Origin: an uncultured Actinomycetes bacterium
GTDB taxonomy: Bacteria; Actinomycetota; Thermoleophilia; Gaiellales; Gaiellaceae
NCBI GenBank assembly: GCA_963722755.1
Contig: CAVROJ010000006.1
Location: 102,255-166,254 of the forward strand
DNA: 64,000 nt
Direction of reading: 5' to 3'
Shown: piece by piece, positions 30,437 to 46,278 of the stretch
Position numbering within the stretch: position 1 is the stretch's first letter
How the letters are laid out: each line of letters opens with the position of its first letter
Notes under the pieces: model-generated
Told to the model about the DNA's origin: nothing
What the model saw: the letters and a program-made list of their open reading frames with translations, nothing else
Databases searched by the model: none
Program-made: the position numbers and the translations under genes

Positions 30437-30895
30437 AGGCGCGGGTGAGGTGCTCGCCGAGCTCGGTGCTCAGGGCCTGGGCGCTCGTCCCGTCGCGGGG
30501 GGCGAGGAAGACGGTGTTGTCGCCGGCGATCGTGCCCGCGATGCCGGGATGTCGCCCCTCGTCGATCGCCTGCGCGAGCGCGCTCGCGTAGCCGGAGGGG
30601 GTCGTCACGACGACGAGCGGCCCTGCCCGCTCCACGCGGGTGGCGTAGCGGCGCATCGCGACACCGATCGCACGGAGCGCGGTCGGCGTCGTCCGAGCCC
30701 GGGGGCGGCGTACACGAGGCGCCCGGACGGTGCCCTGACCTTGGTGAGGCCCAGGTCGTGGACGTCGCGCGAGATCGTCGTCTGCACGACGTCGTGGCCC
30801 TCCTCCCGGAGCGCCTCGACGAGCTCCGCCTGCGTCGAGATCGCGCGGTCGCGGACGAGACGGAGGATCGCCTGCCGGCGGACGGCGTTGCTCAC
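30435..30895 (-). CDS. argR: Arginine repressor (indel)
   Basis: RRQAILRLV...STQAELV...QTTISRDV; IAGTIAGDNTV. Confidence 0.92.
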
Positions 30896-32057
30896 GAGAG
30901 CACCTCGCGCAGGACTGCCGAGCGCCTCCTCCACCTCGGCCTCGGTGACGACGAGGGGCGGCAGGAGCCGGAGCACGTCCGGCCCGGCCGTGACGACGAG
31001 CAGGCCACGCTCGCGGCACGCGTCCACGACGGCTCCCGCGTCGCCGTCGAGCACGCCGGCCAGGAGCAGCCCGCGGCCGCGAACCTCCCGGACGGCGCCC
31101 AGCTCCGACAACCCGGCCGCGAGCTGCCTCCCGCGCGCGGCCACGTTCGCGAGCAGCGCGTCGTCGATCGCCTCCACCACCGCGCACGCCGCGGCCGACG
31201 CCACCGGGTTGCCGCCGAAGGTCGAGCCGTGGTCTCCCGGGCCGATCGCCTCGGCGACCCCCTCGCGCGCGAGCAGCGCGCCGATCGGCAGGCCGTTGCC
31301 CAGCCCTTTCGCCAGCGTGACGAGGTCGGGCTCGATCCCGAGCTGCTCGTAGGCGAAGAAGGTCCCCGTGCGGCCGAGCCCGGCCTGCACCTCGTCGACG
31401 GCGAGCAGCGCCCCGACCTCGCGGGCGATCTCGGCCGCCGACTGGACGAACTCCGCCTCGAGCGGGAGCACGCCGCCTTCCCCGAGCACCGGCTCGAGGA
31501 GGATCGTGGCCAACTCCGAAGCGGGCGCGACGGCCGCCTCGAGCGACTCGACGTCGTTCGGCCGGGCGAACGAGACGCCCGGGACGAGCGGCCCGAAGCC
31601 TTCCCACTTGCCGGGCTGGCCGGTCGCGGACAGCGCGCCGAGCGTCCTCCCGTGGAAGCCGCCCTCGAGCGCGACGATCCGGCGTGCGCCCGGTCGCCTT
31701 GCGGGCGACCTTGAGCGCGGCCTCGTTCGCCTCCGCCCCGGAGTTGCAGAAGAAGGCCTGCGCCCCGCCCATGCGCTCCGAGAGCAGTCCGGCGAGCCGG
31801 AGCATCGGCTCGGTCCAGTAGAGGTTCGAGGCGTGCCACAGCCGGTCGAGCTGCGCGTGCGCGGCGGCCGTCACCGCCGGATGCAGGTGGCCGAGCCCGA
31901 CGACGGCGATCCCGCCGACGAAATCGAGGTACGAGCTCCCCTCGTCGTCCCAGACCCGGCATCCCTCGCCGCGGACGATCGTGACGTCGGCGCGCGCATA
32001 CGTCGGCAGGACGGTCGCGCGGGATGCCTCCAGCAGGCTGTGGCTCCTGTCGCTCAC
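30892..32057 (-). CDS. argD: Acetylornithine aminotransferase (indels)
   Basis: FCNSGAEANE, FHGRT, DEVQAGLGRTG, TLAKGLGNG, HGSTFGGNP. Confidence 0.92.
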
Positions 32058-32713
32058 GCGGGAACCCGGGTCGCGCCGATCGAAGCCTGGACGCCGCCAC
32101 GTGCGGCACGGACGGCGGCCATCAGCTTGGGGACGATCCCGCCCTCGAACCGGCCGTCGTCGAGGCCCGCCTCGGCCTCGTCCGCGTGCAGGACGGACGC
32201 GAGCTCCCCGTCGAGCAGCACGCCGGGGACGTCGGTCAGGAAGAGGATCCTCTCGGCGGCGATCCCGACGGCGAGCGCGGCAGCGGCCTCGTCCGCGTTG
32301 ACGTTGAGCGGCCCCTCGGCGAGCGGGGCGACGACCGGCACACGCCCCTGCGCGAGCGCGTCGAGCACGGCCGCGGGGGCCGATGGCTCCGGGTCGCCTA
32401 CGAGGCCGAGCGCCTCGACCCGCCGCGCCCGCAGGCCGATCTCGTCGCCGTGCAAGCCGACCGCGCTCGGCCCGATCGCCTCGCAGACCTCCGCGTTGAC
32501 GGCCGCAAGCGACTCGCGGACGACGTCGAGCACGTCCGGGGTCGTCACGCGACGGCCGTCCACGAACTCGGGGACGATCCCGCGGCGCTCCATCTCGGCC
32601 GTGATCTGAGGGCCCGCGCCGTGGACGACGACGACGTCACCGTCGACCTCTGCGAGCGCGGCTCGGACGATTCCCGCTGCGACGCGGCCGCCCAGCTTCA
32701 CGACGACGGTCAC
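32054..32713 (-). CDS. argB: Acetylglutamate kinase (short form)
   Basis: VVKLGG, VHGAGPQI, LNVNAD, GGIVPKL. Confidence 0.9.
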   Translation of the reverse strand: MTVVVKLGGRVAAGIVRAALAEVDGDVVVVHGAGPQITAEMERRGIVPEFVDGRRVTTPDVLDVVRESLAAVNAEVCEAIGPSAVGLHGDEIGLRARRVEALGLVGDPEPSAPAAVLDALAQGRVPVVAPLAEGPLNVNADEAAAALAVGIAAERILFLTDVPGVLLDGELASVLHADEAEAGLDDGRFEGGIVPKLMAAVRAARGGVQASIGATRVPA

Positions 32714-33881
32714 GTCGTGTACTCCGCGTTGAGCTTGACGTAGTCGTACGAGAGGTCGGATGCCAGGTAGGCGGCCTCGCCGTCACCGAGCCCGAGGTCG
32801 AGCTCGATCCGGCAGGATGCGCCCGCCAGCTCCGGGACCTGCCCGGTCGGCGCACCCGCGGCGAACACCGGCGTCCCGTCGAACGCGACCCGCAGCCGGT
32901 CGGGGTCGAGCCGGGCAAACCCGCCGTTCGAGGGCGCCGATCCCGCCGCGGCCAGCACCCGCCCCCAGTTGGGGTCGCGCCCGAAGGCGGCGGTCTTGAC
33001 GAGCGGCGAGGTCGCGACGCGGAGCGCGATCGCCTCCGCCTCCTCTTGCGACGAGGCGCTGGAGACCACGATCTCGAGCACCACGGTCGCCCCTTCTCCG
33101 TCGGCGACGATCTGCCGCGCGAGATCCGCACAGACCTCCTCGAGGCAGCGGCGAGAACTGCTCGTCCAGCCCGGGATCGCGATCGGCGATACCGGACATT
33201 CCGTTCGCCAGCAGCACCACGGCGTCGTTCGTCGAGCAGTCGCCGTCGACGGAGATGCGGTTGAAGGAGCGCTCGACCGCGGGGCGCAGGAACGCATCCG
33301 CCTCGCCCGCCGCCAGCGGGTAGTCGGTCGTCACGACCGCGAGCATCGTCGCCAGGCAGGGATGGATCATCCCCGCGCCCTTCGCCATGCCTGCCGACGG
33401 TGAACCCGTCCGCGGCGGCGACCGCCGTCTTCGGCCCCTTGTCGGTGGTGAGGATCGCCTGCGCCGCGATCGCGCCGCCGTCCGGGGAGAGGGCTGCAGC
33501 CGCCGCGTCGACGCCGGCGAGGAGCTTCTCCATCGGCAGCCGCGGCCCGATCACGCCGGTCGAGAGCACGACGACCTCCTCCGGCCGAAGGCCGAGCAGC
33601 GAGGCTGTGCGCGCGGCGGTCGCGAGGGCGTCCTCCTCTCCCGGCCGCCCCGTCGCGGCGTTCGCGACACCGGCGTTCACGACGACGGCCTGCGGCTGGG
33701 CCGTCTCGAGGTTCCTCCGGGAGACGACGACGGGCGCCGCCTGGACACGGTTCTGGGTCCACATCGCGCAGCCCACCGCCGGGGCGACCGAGCGGACGAG
33801 CGCGACGTCCGGCTTCCCCGACGGCCTGATCCCGGCGGCGACACCGGAGGCGAGGAAGCCCCGTGGGGCGGTGACCGACAT
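32710..33881 (-). CDS. argJ: Ornithine acetyltransferase (indels)
   Basis: [46 protein letters not shown]. Confidence 0.93.
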
Positions 33882-33885
33882 GGGT

Positions 33886-34884
33886 CTACACGAGCACTCC
33901 GGCAAGCCGGAGCCCCGTGGTCGCGCCGAGCCCGAACAGCGCGTTCACGTTCTGTACGGCCTGGCCCGCGGCGCCCTTGCCGAGGTTGTCGAGCGCGCAG
34001 ATCACGATCGTGCGGTCGGTGTGTCGGTCCTCGAAGACCCCGATCTCGGCGCCGTCGGTGTGCTGGACGCGCGCGAGCTCGGGGGCGACGCCCTCCGGCA
34101 ACACCGTGACGACCGGGCTCGCCGCGTAGTGCTCCTCGAGCAGCGCGCGCAGGTCGGAGCCGGTCGAGCGGACGTTGCAGGTCGCGAGCAGGCCACGCCG
34201 CACGGGCAGGAGGTGCGGCGTGAACGAGACCGGGAAGCCCAGCACCTGCGCGATCTCGGCGACGTGCTGGTGGGCGCCGACCTTGTAGGGGGAGACGTTC
34301 TCGAGGACGGAGCCCGCGTGCGTGGAGGGCCTCGGCGAGCGGCCGGCGCCGGTCATGCCCGACATCGCGTCCACGACGACGCTGCCCGGATCGACCGCAG
34401 CCGCGATCGGGCCGAGGGCGAGCAGCACGGCTGTCGCGTAGCAGCCGGGATTGGCGACGAGCCTCCCCTCCGGGGGCGAAAGCTCGGGCAGCCCGTAGGA
34501 CCAGTCCGCGAGGCCCTCGGGCCGAGGGTGCGTGAAGCCGTACCAGGCCTCGTACTGGGCGGGATCGGCGAGCCGGTGGGCACCTGAGAGGTCGATCACG
34601 ACGCCGCGCGCGGGCGGCTCGAGCTCGGCCGCTTCCTCGTGCGGGAGGCAGAGGAAGGTCACGTCGGCCTCGCAGGCGAGCGCGGCGGCGTTCGTGATCA
34701 GCCGGGGGACGCGCTTGCCGCCGTTCCGGTTGAGGCGCGGGTCGAGGGCGGTGGCGTCCTGGCCGGCGAGCGAGTCCGAGCCGACGGCGTAGAGCTCGAG
34801 CTCGGGGTGGCCGAGCACGCGGTCGAGCGTCTCCTGGCCCGTGTAGCCGGCGGAGCCGACGATGCTGACGTACGGCATTCGCAT
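33886..34884 (-). CDS. argC: N-acetyl-gamma-glutamyl-phosphate reductase
   Basis: GSAGYTG, VANPGCY, SGMTGAGR, DNLGKGAAGQA. Confidence 0.94.
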   Translation of the reverse strand: MRMPYVSIVGSAGYTGQETLDRVLGHPELELYAVGSDSLAGQDATALDPRLNRNGGKRVPRLITNAAALACEADVTFLCLPHEEAAELEPPARGVVIDLSGAHRLADPAQYEAWYGFTHPRPEGLADWSYGLPELSPPEGRLVANPGCYATAVLLALGPIAAAVDPGSVVVDAMSGMTGAGRSPRPSTHAGSVLENVSPYKVGAHQHVAEIAQVLGFPVSFTPHLLPVRRGLLATCNVRSTGSDLRALLEEHYAASPVVTVLPEGVAPELARVQHTDGAEIGVFEDRHTDRTIVICALDNLGKGAAGQAVQNVNALFGLGATTGLRLAGVLV

Positions 34885-34911
34885 ATTATGCAGAAACCTT
34901 CGTTCTTATGC

Positions 34912-34912
<1 letters not shown>
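34880..34912 (-). promoter_or_regulatory. Possible ARG box(es) at the argC start
   Basis: AT-rich island with TGCATAATATGCG (palindromic core GCATA-N-TATGC) and AGCATAAGAACG; resembles actinobacterial ArgR boxes but is about 1 nt short. Confidence 0.5.
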
Positions 34913-39223
<4,311 letters not shown>

Positions 39224-39262
39224 GCGGGGCTGACCGCCTTTTCGTGGCTGAACGGAGAAGAG

Positions 39263-39412
39263 CCCTCCCGCCGGTGTGTCGGCTGCTAGCTGGCGGGGGC
39301 GGGAGGGGGTCGCCGGCTAGCGCCGTTCGGAGGCGATGAACGCAATCGGCGAGAGCGGGGCTACGAGCGCCCCGGTCGGCCGATCGTCACGAGTCATCGC
39401 TCCGCGAGCCAT
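39263..39412 (-). promoter_or_regulatory. Putative gltB leader peptide (39412-39317) with alternative hairpins
   Basis: MARGAMTRDDRPTGALVAPLSPIAFIASERR*; interleaved helices CTAGCCGGCG/CGCCAGCTAG and CCCTCCCGCC/GGCGGGAGGG. Confidence 0.5.
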
Positions 39413-39478
39413 CGATCATCGATCGTAAAGGGTGGAGAGGCTAGCCGCAAGGACGAGCGGACTGGACGAAGGTCTCAA

Positions 39479-39507
39479 TTGACACGGGTCCAGTCCTCCG
39501 GCACTCT
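39479..39507 (+). promoter_or_regulatory. Housekeeping-sigma promoter of the ilv leader
   Basis: TTGACA-17 nt-CACTCT, 9 nt before the leader ATG. Confidence 0.65.
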
Positions 39508-39516
39508 GAGTCGGCG

Positions 39517-39615
39517 ATGACGCTCTGCCACGCCGTATCCGTACGTCCTCTCGTACCGCGCCCCGCGGTAGCGATCGGCGGCGGCATCGAGCTCATCCTG
39601 ATTCTCCCCGTCTAG
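39517..39615 (+). CDS. ilv operon leader peptide (Ile/Leu/Val-rich)
   Basis: MTLCHAVSVRPLVPRPAVAIGGGIELILILPV*; 14 of 32 residues are I/L/V; hairpin CTCCCC-GTCTA-GGGGAG covers the stop. Confidence 0.78.
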   Translation: MTLCHAVSVRPLVPRPAVAIGGGIELILILPV

Positions 39616-39745
39616 GGGAGATCGACGCTCACGCGCCCGAGACGGCGCACACGCCGACCGAGACCACACCAGAGGTGCGTCCGGAGGACGTACCGAGCGA
39701 GAGGAGCACCACCATGACCCCCGACCCCCCGACTCCCACACCGCG

Positions 39746-40680
39746 ATGACGACACGACGGACCTACGTCGTCGCGTGCCTCGCCGGCCACGGGATCGGCC
39801 CCGAGATCACCGCCGCAGCGAGCCGCGCGCTCGCACGGCTCTCACGCGAGCATGGCTTCGACGTCGAGGAGCTCCATCCGCCGTTCGACACCGAGGCGCT
39901 GACGAGATCGGGCCACATGCTTCCGGCCGCCACGCGGCGGGCGACCGTCGACCGCCGATGCAGTGCTCGTCGCAGGCGACGCGGCGCCGGCCCTCGACGG
40001 GCTCCGCGCGGAGCTCGACCTGGCGGCCCGTGTCACCCGTGTCCTCGACGAGACGGGTGAGGCCACCGCGTTCGCTCCGTTGCACGACATGGCCGCGGAC
40101 TGGACGGTCGAACGTGCCTTCGCGACCGCACGCAAGCGCTCGGGGCACCTCACGTCGGTCGGGGTCTCCGACGGGTGGACTGCTCTCGTGGAGCGGCATG
40201 CCGACCGGCATCCGGGGGTCGAGGTCGAGCACGTGTCTCTCCCCGACGCGCTCAGGCGGCTCGCCGCCGGCTCGGTGGGCGTGCTCGCCGCCGAGGGCGT
40301 GCTCGGTGACGCCGTCGCGGAGGCCCCGCGACTCGGCGGCAGGCGCCGGCTGGTGGCGTCCGCCCAGCTCTCGCCGAGCGGCCCGAGCCTGTTCGGCCCC
40401 GCGGAGGGGACGACCAGCGACCTCGGCGGGCCACGGCGTCGCCGATCCGAGCGCGATGCTGCTCGCCACCGCGCTGCTCCTCTCGGAGGGCCTCGGCCGC
40501 ACGGCCGCCGGCGAGGCGCTCGAGGAGAGCCTGACCGCGGCGCTGCGCGCGTCGCGCCGCCCGTCGGAGGTGTCGGGCCCCGGTGTCTCCGCGACGACGC
40601 GCGAGTTCGTGGATGCCGTGCTCGGCCTGCTTCGCAGCGCTCGTCGCGACACGGAGTTCGCGCTCGGAGTCGGGCCATGA
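39746..40680 (+). CDS. Degenerate isopropylmalate/isocitrate dehydrogenase-family protein (LeuB paralogue; indels; start may be 39714)
   Basis: LAGHGIGPEI N-terminus and AGHGVADPSAMLL C-terminus are retained; catalytic motifs are eroded. Confidence 0.8.
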
Positions 40681-42409
40681 GGATGACGGGCGGCGACGCG
40701 ATCCTCCGCTCCCTCGAGGCCGAGGGCGTCGAGGTGATGTTCGGGATCCCGGGCGGGGCGATCATGCCGACCTACGACGCGATGGCCCGCGGCACCACCG
40801 TGCGCCACGTCCTCGCCCGCCACGAGCAGGGCGCGGGCCACATGGCGCAGGGCTACGCCCGCGCCTCCGGCCGCGTCGGCGTGGCGATCGCCACGTCGGG
40901 ACCGGGCGCGACGAACCTCGTCACGCCGATCGCCGACGCGTGGATGGACTCGACGCCGCTCGTCTGCATCACCGGACAGGTGCGCTCGACCCTGATCGGC
41001 ACCGACGCCTTCCAGGAGTGCGACATCACCGGCATCACGATGCCGATCGTCAAGCACTCGTGGCTCGTGCAGGACGCGCGGGAGATCCCCGCCGTGCTCA
41101 AGGCGGCGTTCCACGTCGCCCGCACCGGCCGTTGCGGCCCGGTCCTCGTCGACATCCCGCGCGACGTCCAGGAGGCGGCGATCGACTTCGCCTATCCCGA
41201 CTCGGTCGACCTCCCGGGCTGGCGGCCGCCGACGAAGGTGCACCCGCTCCAGATCCGCGAGGCCGCCCGGGCGATCGCCCACGCGCGCAAGCCCGTGCTG
41301 TACGTGGGCGGGGGAACCCTGAACGGCGACGCCTGCGCCGAGCTGCTGCAGCTCGCCGAGGCGGGGACGCTGCCCGTCATCACGACGCTGATGGGCAAGA
41401 GCGCCTTCCCCGAGACCCACGAGCTCCACTTCGGCTGGCCGGGGATGCACGGGCCCAAGTGGTCGAACCTCGCGATGAACACCTGCGACGTCCTCGTCGC
41501 GATCGGCGCGCGCTTCGACGACCGCGTCACCGGCAAGCTCTCGGCCTTCGCGCCCGGCGCCACCGTCGTCCACCTCGACATCGACCCGGCGGAGATCTCC
41601 AAGCTCCGGGACGCCGACATCCCGGTCGTCGGGCCGCTGGCGCAGGCGGTCTCGGCGCTGGCCGACGAGGTCGCCAGGCAGCGCGCCGAGGGAGCGCCCG
41701 CGCCGGAGGCGTGGCTCGGCCAGATTCGCGACTGGCGCGAGGAGTTCCCGCTCCGGTACGGCGAGAGCGACGAGTGGCTCAAGCCCCAGCAGGTCGTCGA
41801 GGCGCTCCAGCGGCTGACCGCCGGCACCGACGTGATCGTCACGACCGGCGTCGGCCAGCACCAGATGTGGGCGATGCAGTACGTCGTCTCCGAGCGGCCG
41901 CGGAGCTTCATCACCTCCGGCGGCCTCGGGACGATGGGCTACGGCATCCCCGCGGCGATCGGCGCCAAGGCGGCCCGACCCGAGGCGACGGTCGTCTGCG
42001 TCGACGGCGACGGCTGCTTCCAGATGACGCGCCCAGGAGCTCGCCACAGCGGCCCTCGAGGACCTGCCCATCGTCGTCGTGCTCGTCAACAACGGCTACC
42101 TCGGGATGGTCACGCAGTGGCAGGACATGTTCTTCGACGGGCGCCGCTCGCACGTCCACCTGACCGCGCAGGTGCCCGACTACGCCCGGCTCGCAGAGGC
42201 CTACGGCGGCGTCGGGATGGTCGTCTCGAGCGAGGCGGAGCTCGAGCCGGCGCTCGAGGAGGCCCTCGGCCTCGGCAGGACGGTCGTGGTCGACTGCCGG
42301 GTCGACCCCGCCGAGCAGATCTTCCCGATGATCCCCGCGGGCGCTGCCGCGCTCGACATGCTGGAGTACTCGGACAGCCGACGACACCGTGGAGGCGAGG
42401 GCGTCGTGA
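40677..42409 (+). CDS. ilvB: Acetolactate synthase large subunit (indels; apparent in-frame join to ilvN likely an artefact)
   Basis: FGIPGGAI, RHEQGA, TSGPGATN, DAFQE, GDGCFQM, NNGYLGMV. Confidence 0.95.
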
Positions 42410-42921
42410 AGCACACACTCTCCGTCGTCGTGGAGGACCGCCCGGGCGCGCTGACGCGGATCACGACGATGTTCGCCCGGCGCGGCTTCAACATCGAGTC
42501 GCTCGCGGTCGGCCCGACCGAGCGCCCCGGCGTCTCGTGCATCACGCTGCGGGTCGACTGCACCCAGCACTCGCTCGAGCAGATCGAGAAGCAGATCCAC
42601 AAGCTCGTCAACGTCCTCCGGGTGACCGAGCTCGTCGCCGGAGAGGCCGTCGAGCGCGAGCTGCTCGTCGCCCGCGTCTCGGCGCAGCCCGAGCGGCGCG
42701 CCGAGCTCGTCACGACGGCCGAGGCGCTCGGCGGCCGGCTCCTCGACGTCGGCCCCGACGGGGTCGTGCTCGAGCTGACCGGGACGCCGGAGGAGCTCGA
42801 CGCGTTCCACGAGCTCTGCCACCCCTACGGGGTCGTCGACCTCGTCCGGACCGGCAGGATCGGCGTCCCACGCGCCTCCGGCAAGCGCCGCTCGCCGAGG
42901 CGGCTGGCCGCGATCAACTAG
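42406..42921 (+). CDS. ilvN: Acetolactate synthase small subunit
   Basis: HTLSVVVEDRPGALTRI...RRGFNIESLAVG. Confidence 0.93.
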   Translation: MKHTLSVVVEDRPGALTRITTMFARRGFNIESLAVGPTERPGVSCITLRVDCTQHSLEQIEKQIHKLVNVLRVTELVAGEAVERELLVARVSAQPERRAELVTTAEALGGRLLDVGPDGVVLELTGTPEELDAFHELCHPYGVVDLVRTGRIGVPRASGKRRSPRRLAAIN

Positions 42922-42967
42922 TTCGTCCGACCGAGCAAGCCCGCCCCCACCAGAAAGGACACAGCTC

Positions 42968-43955
<988 letters not shown>

Positions 43956-43969
<14 letters not shown>

Positions 43970-45265
43970 CGTTCCCGTAGCCCTCCTCGGCTACGGGACC
44001 GTCGGCGCGGCAGTCCACCGCCTGCTCAGCGAGCAGGGAGACGAGATCGAGCGTGCGACCGGCCACCGCCTCCGGGTGGTGCGCGCGCTCGTCCGCGACC
44101 CCGCCCGCGAACGGGGCTTCGACGCCGGCCCCGGCGTGCTGACGACCGACTTCGACGCCGTGCTCGGCGACCCGTCGATCAGGCTCGTGGCCGAGGTGAT
44201 GGGCGGCGTCGAGCCGGCGGGCGAGCACGTGCTGGCGCTGCTCCGGTCCGGCCGCTCGGTCGTGACCGCGAACAAGCAGCTCGTCGCGCGGCACGGCGCG
44301 GAGCTCTTCGCCGCCGCGTCCGCGGCGGGGGCTCAGCTGCGGTTCGAAGCGTCGGTGTGCGCCGCGATCCCGGTGATCAAGGTGCTGCGCGAGTCGCTCG
44401 TCGTGACGAACGTCCACCGCGTCGTCGGGATCGTCAACGGGACGACCAACTTCATCCTCTCGGCGATGAGCGAGGGACACTCGTACGCGGACGCGCTCGC
44501 GGAGGCGCAGCGGTTCGGGTACGCGGAGGCGGACCCGACCGACGACGTGGCCGGGCTGGACGCCGCCGCGAAGACGGCGATCCTGGCGACGGTCGCCTTC
44601 GGCTCGCGCGTCCCGCTCGAGCTGGGTCGCGGTGGACGGGATCGAGGCGGTGCGGGAGGAGCACATCGAGGCCGCGCGCGCGCTCGACATGCGCGTCAAG
44701 CTGCTCGGCCGGGCGACGCTCGCGCACGGCCGGGTGGACGTCCGCGTCGGCCCCGCCTTCGTCGACGTGCATCACCCGCTCGCCGCGGTCGACGGGCCCG
44801 TTCAACGCGGTGATGCTCCAGGGCGACGCGATCCGCGAGATCACCCTCGAGGGCCCCGGCGCGGGTGGAATCGAGACGGCGAGCGCCGTCGTGGCCGACC
44901 TCGTCTCGATCGTCGGCACGACCGGCACCGGCTTCCTCCAGGGCGACCCGGTCTGGCGGCAGGTCGAGCGGATGCCGCCCGGCGACCTCGCCTCGCCGTG
45001 GTACCTGCGCCTCGAGGTCGAGGACCGCGCGGGCGTCCTCGCCCGCCTCGCCCAGGAGCTCGCGGTCGAGGGCGTGTCCGTCGCGCGGCTCGTCCAGCAG
45101 CCCTCGAACGGTCACGCGGTGCTCCACGTCGTCACGCACGAGGCGCCCGCGGGACGGGTCGAGGCAGCCCTCGCCGCGATCCGTGCGCTGCCCGAGTCGC
45201 GCGGGGAGGCGAGCGCGCTCCCGGTCGTCTCCGAGCGCGGGGTCGAGGAGCTCGGCTGGGCGTGA
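43956..45265 (+). CDS. hom: Homoserine dehydrogenase with ACT domain (indels)
   Basis: LGYGTVG, VVTANK, NGTTNFIL, GYAEADP, GPGAGGIETAS. Confidence 0.93.
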
Positions 45266-45305
45266 GCGGCGCCCGACCCACATGAGCCTCTAGATTGCGG
45301 CGACG

Positions 45306-46278
45306 GTGACGGTGCCCCTGATCGAGCGGTTCCGCCGACGTGCTCCCCGTCACCGAGGCGACGCCGGTCGTCTCCCTCGGCGAGGGTCGACCCCGCTGCT
45401 CGCAGCGCCGCGCCTGGCGGAGGCCGCAGGCATCCGCGAGCTGTGGCTCAAGTGGGAGGCGTCGAACCCGACCGGCTCGTACAAGGACCGCGGGATGACG
45501 CTCGCCGTCTCGAAGGCGGTGGAGGAGGGAGCGGAGGCCGTGATCTGCGCGTCGACCGGCAACACGGCGGCCAGCGCCGCCGCGTACGCGGCGCGTGCGG
45601 GCCTCCCTGCGCTCGTGCTCACGCCGCAGGGCGCGGTCGCCGGGGCGAAGCTCGCGCAGACCCGGATGCTCGGGGCGACGGTGCTCGAGGTCCAGGGCGA
45701 CTTCGACTCGGCGCTGGCGGCGGCGCAGGAGCTCGGCGGCCGCGGCAGCCACGTGCTGGTCAACTCGCTGAACCCGTACCGCCGCGAGGGTCAGAAGACG
45801 GCCGTGCTCGAGGTCGTGGAGGAGCTCGGCGGCGCCGCCCGACGCGTTCGTGCTGCCCTACGGCGGAGGCGGCAACACGTCCGCCTACGCTCAGGCGCTG
45901 AGCGAGCTCGGCCTCGAAACGCCGATCGTGTCGGTCGAGGCGACGAACCGGAGGGAGACGCTCGCGACGGCGATCCGGATCGGCGACCCGGTGCATGCCG
46001 GGGCCGTCCGGGCGTCGGGCGCGCGGGTCGTCCACGTCGACGACGACGAGCTGGTCGCGGCCTGGCTGCGGCTCGCCTCGGAGGAAGGCCTGTTCTGCGA
46101 GCCCTCGTCGGCGGCGGGCCTCGCCGCGGTGCTGCGCGGCGACGTCGAGGGCGACCGCCTCGTCGTCACGATCACCGGCCACGGCCTCAAGGACCCGGCC
46201 ACCGCGGACCGCCTTGCGCCGGCGCCGGTCGAGGTGGAGCCGGACCCCGACGCGATCGCGGCCGCTGCCGGGCGATGA
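45306..46278 (+). CDS. thrC: Threonine synthase (indels)
   Basis: NPTGSYKDRG, CASTGNT, FCEPSSAA, TGHGLKDP. Confidence 0.92.

Noticed and set aside
30002-30438. Short ORFs over the tandem repeat
   Set aside because: They are translations of palindromic repeat DNA with atypical codon usage and no family motifs.
42079-42921. IlvB-IlvN fusion suggested by the ORF track
   Set aside because: Removing one base near 42378 restores an ilvB stop overlapping the ilvN GTG (GTGA), the usual arrangement.
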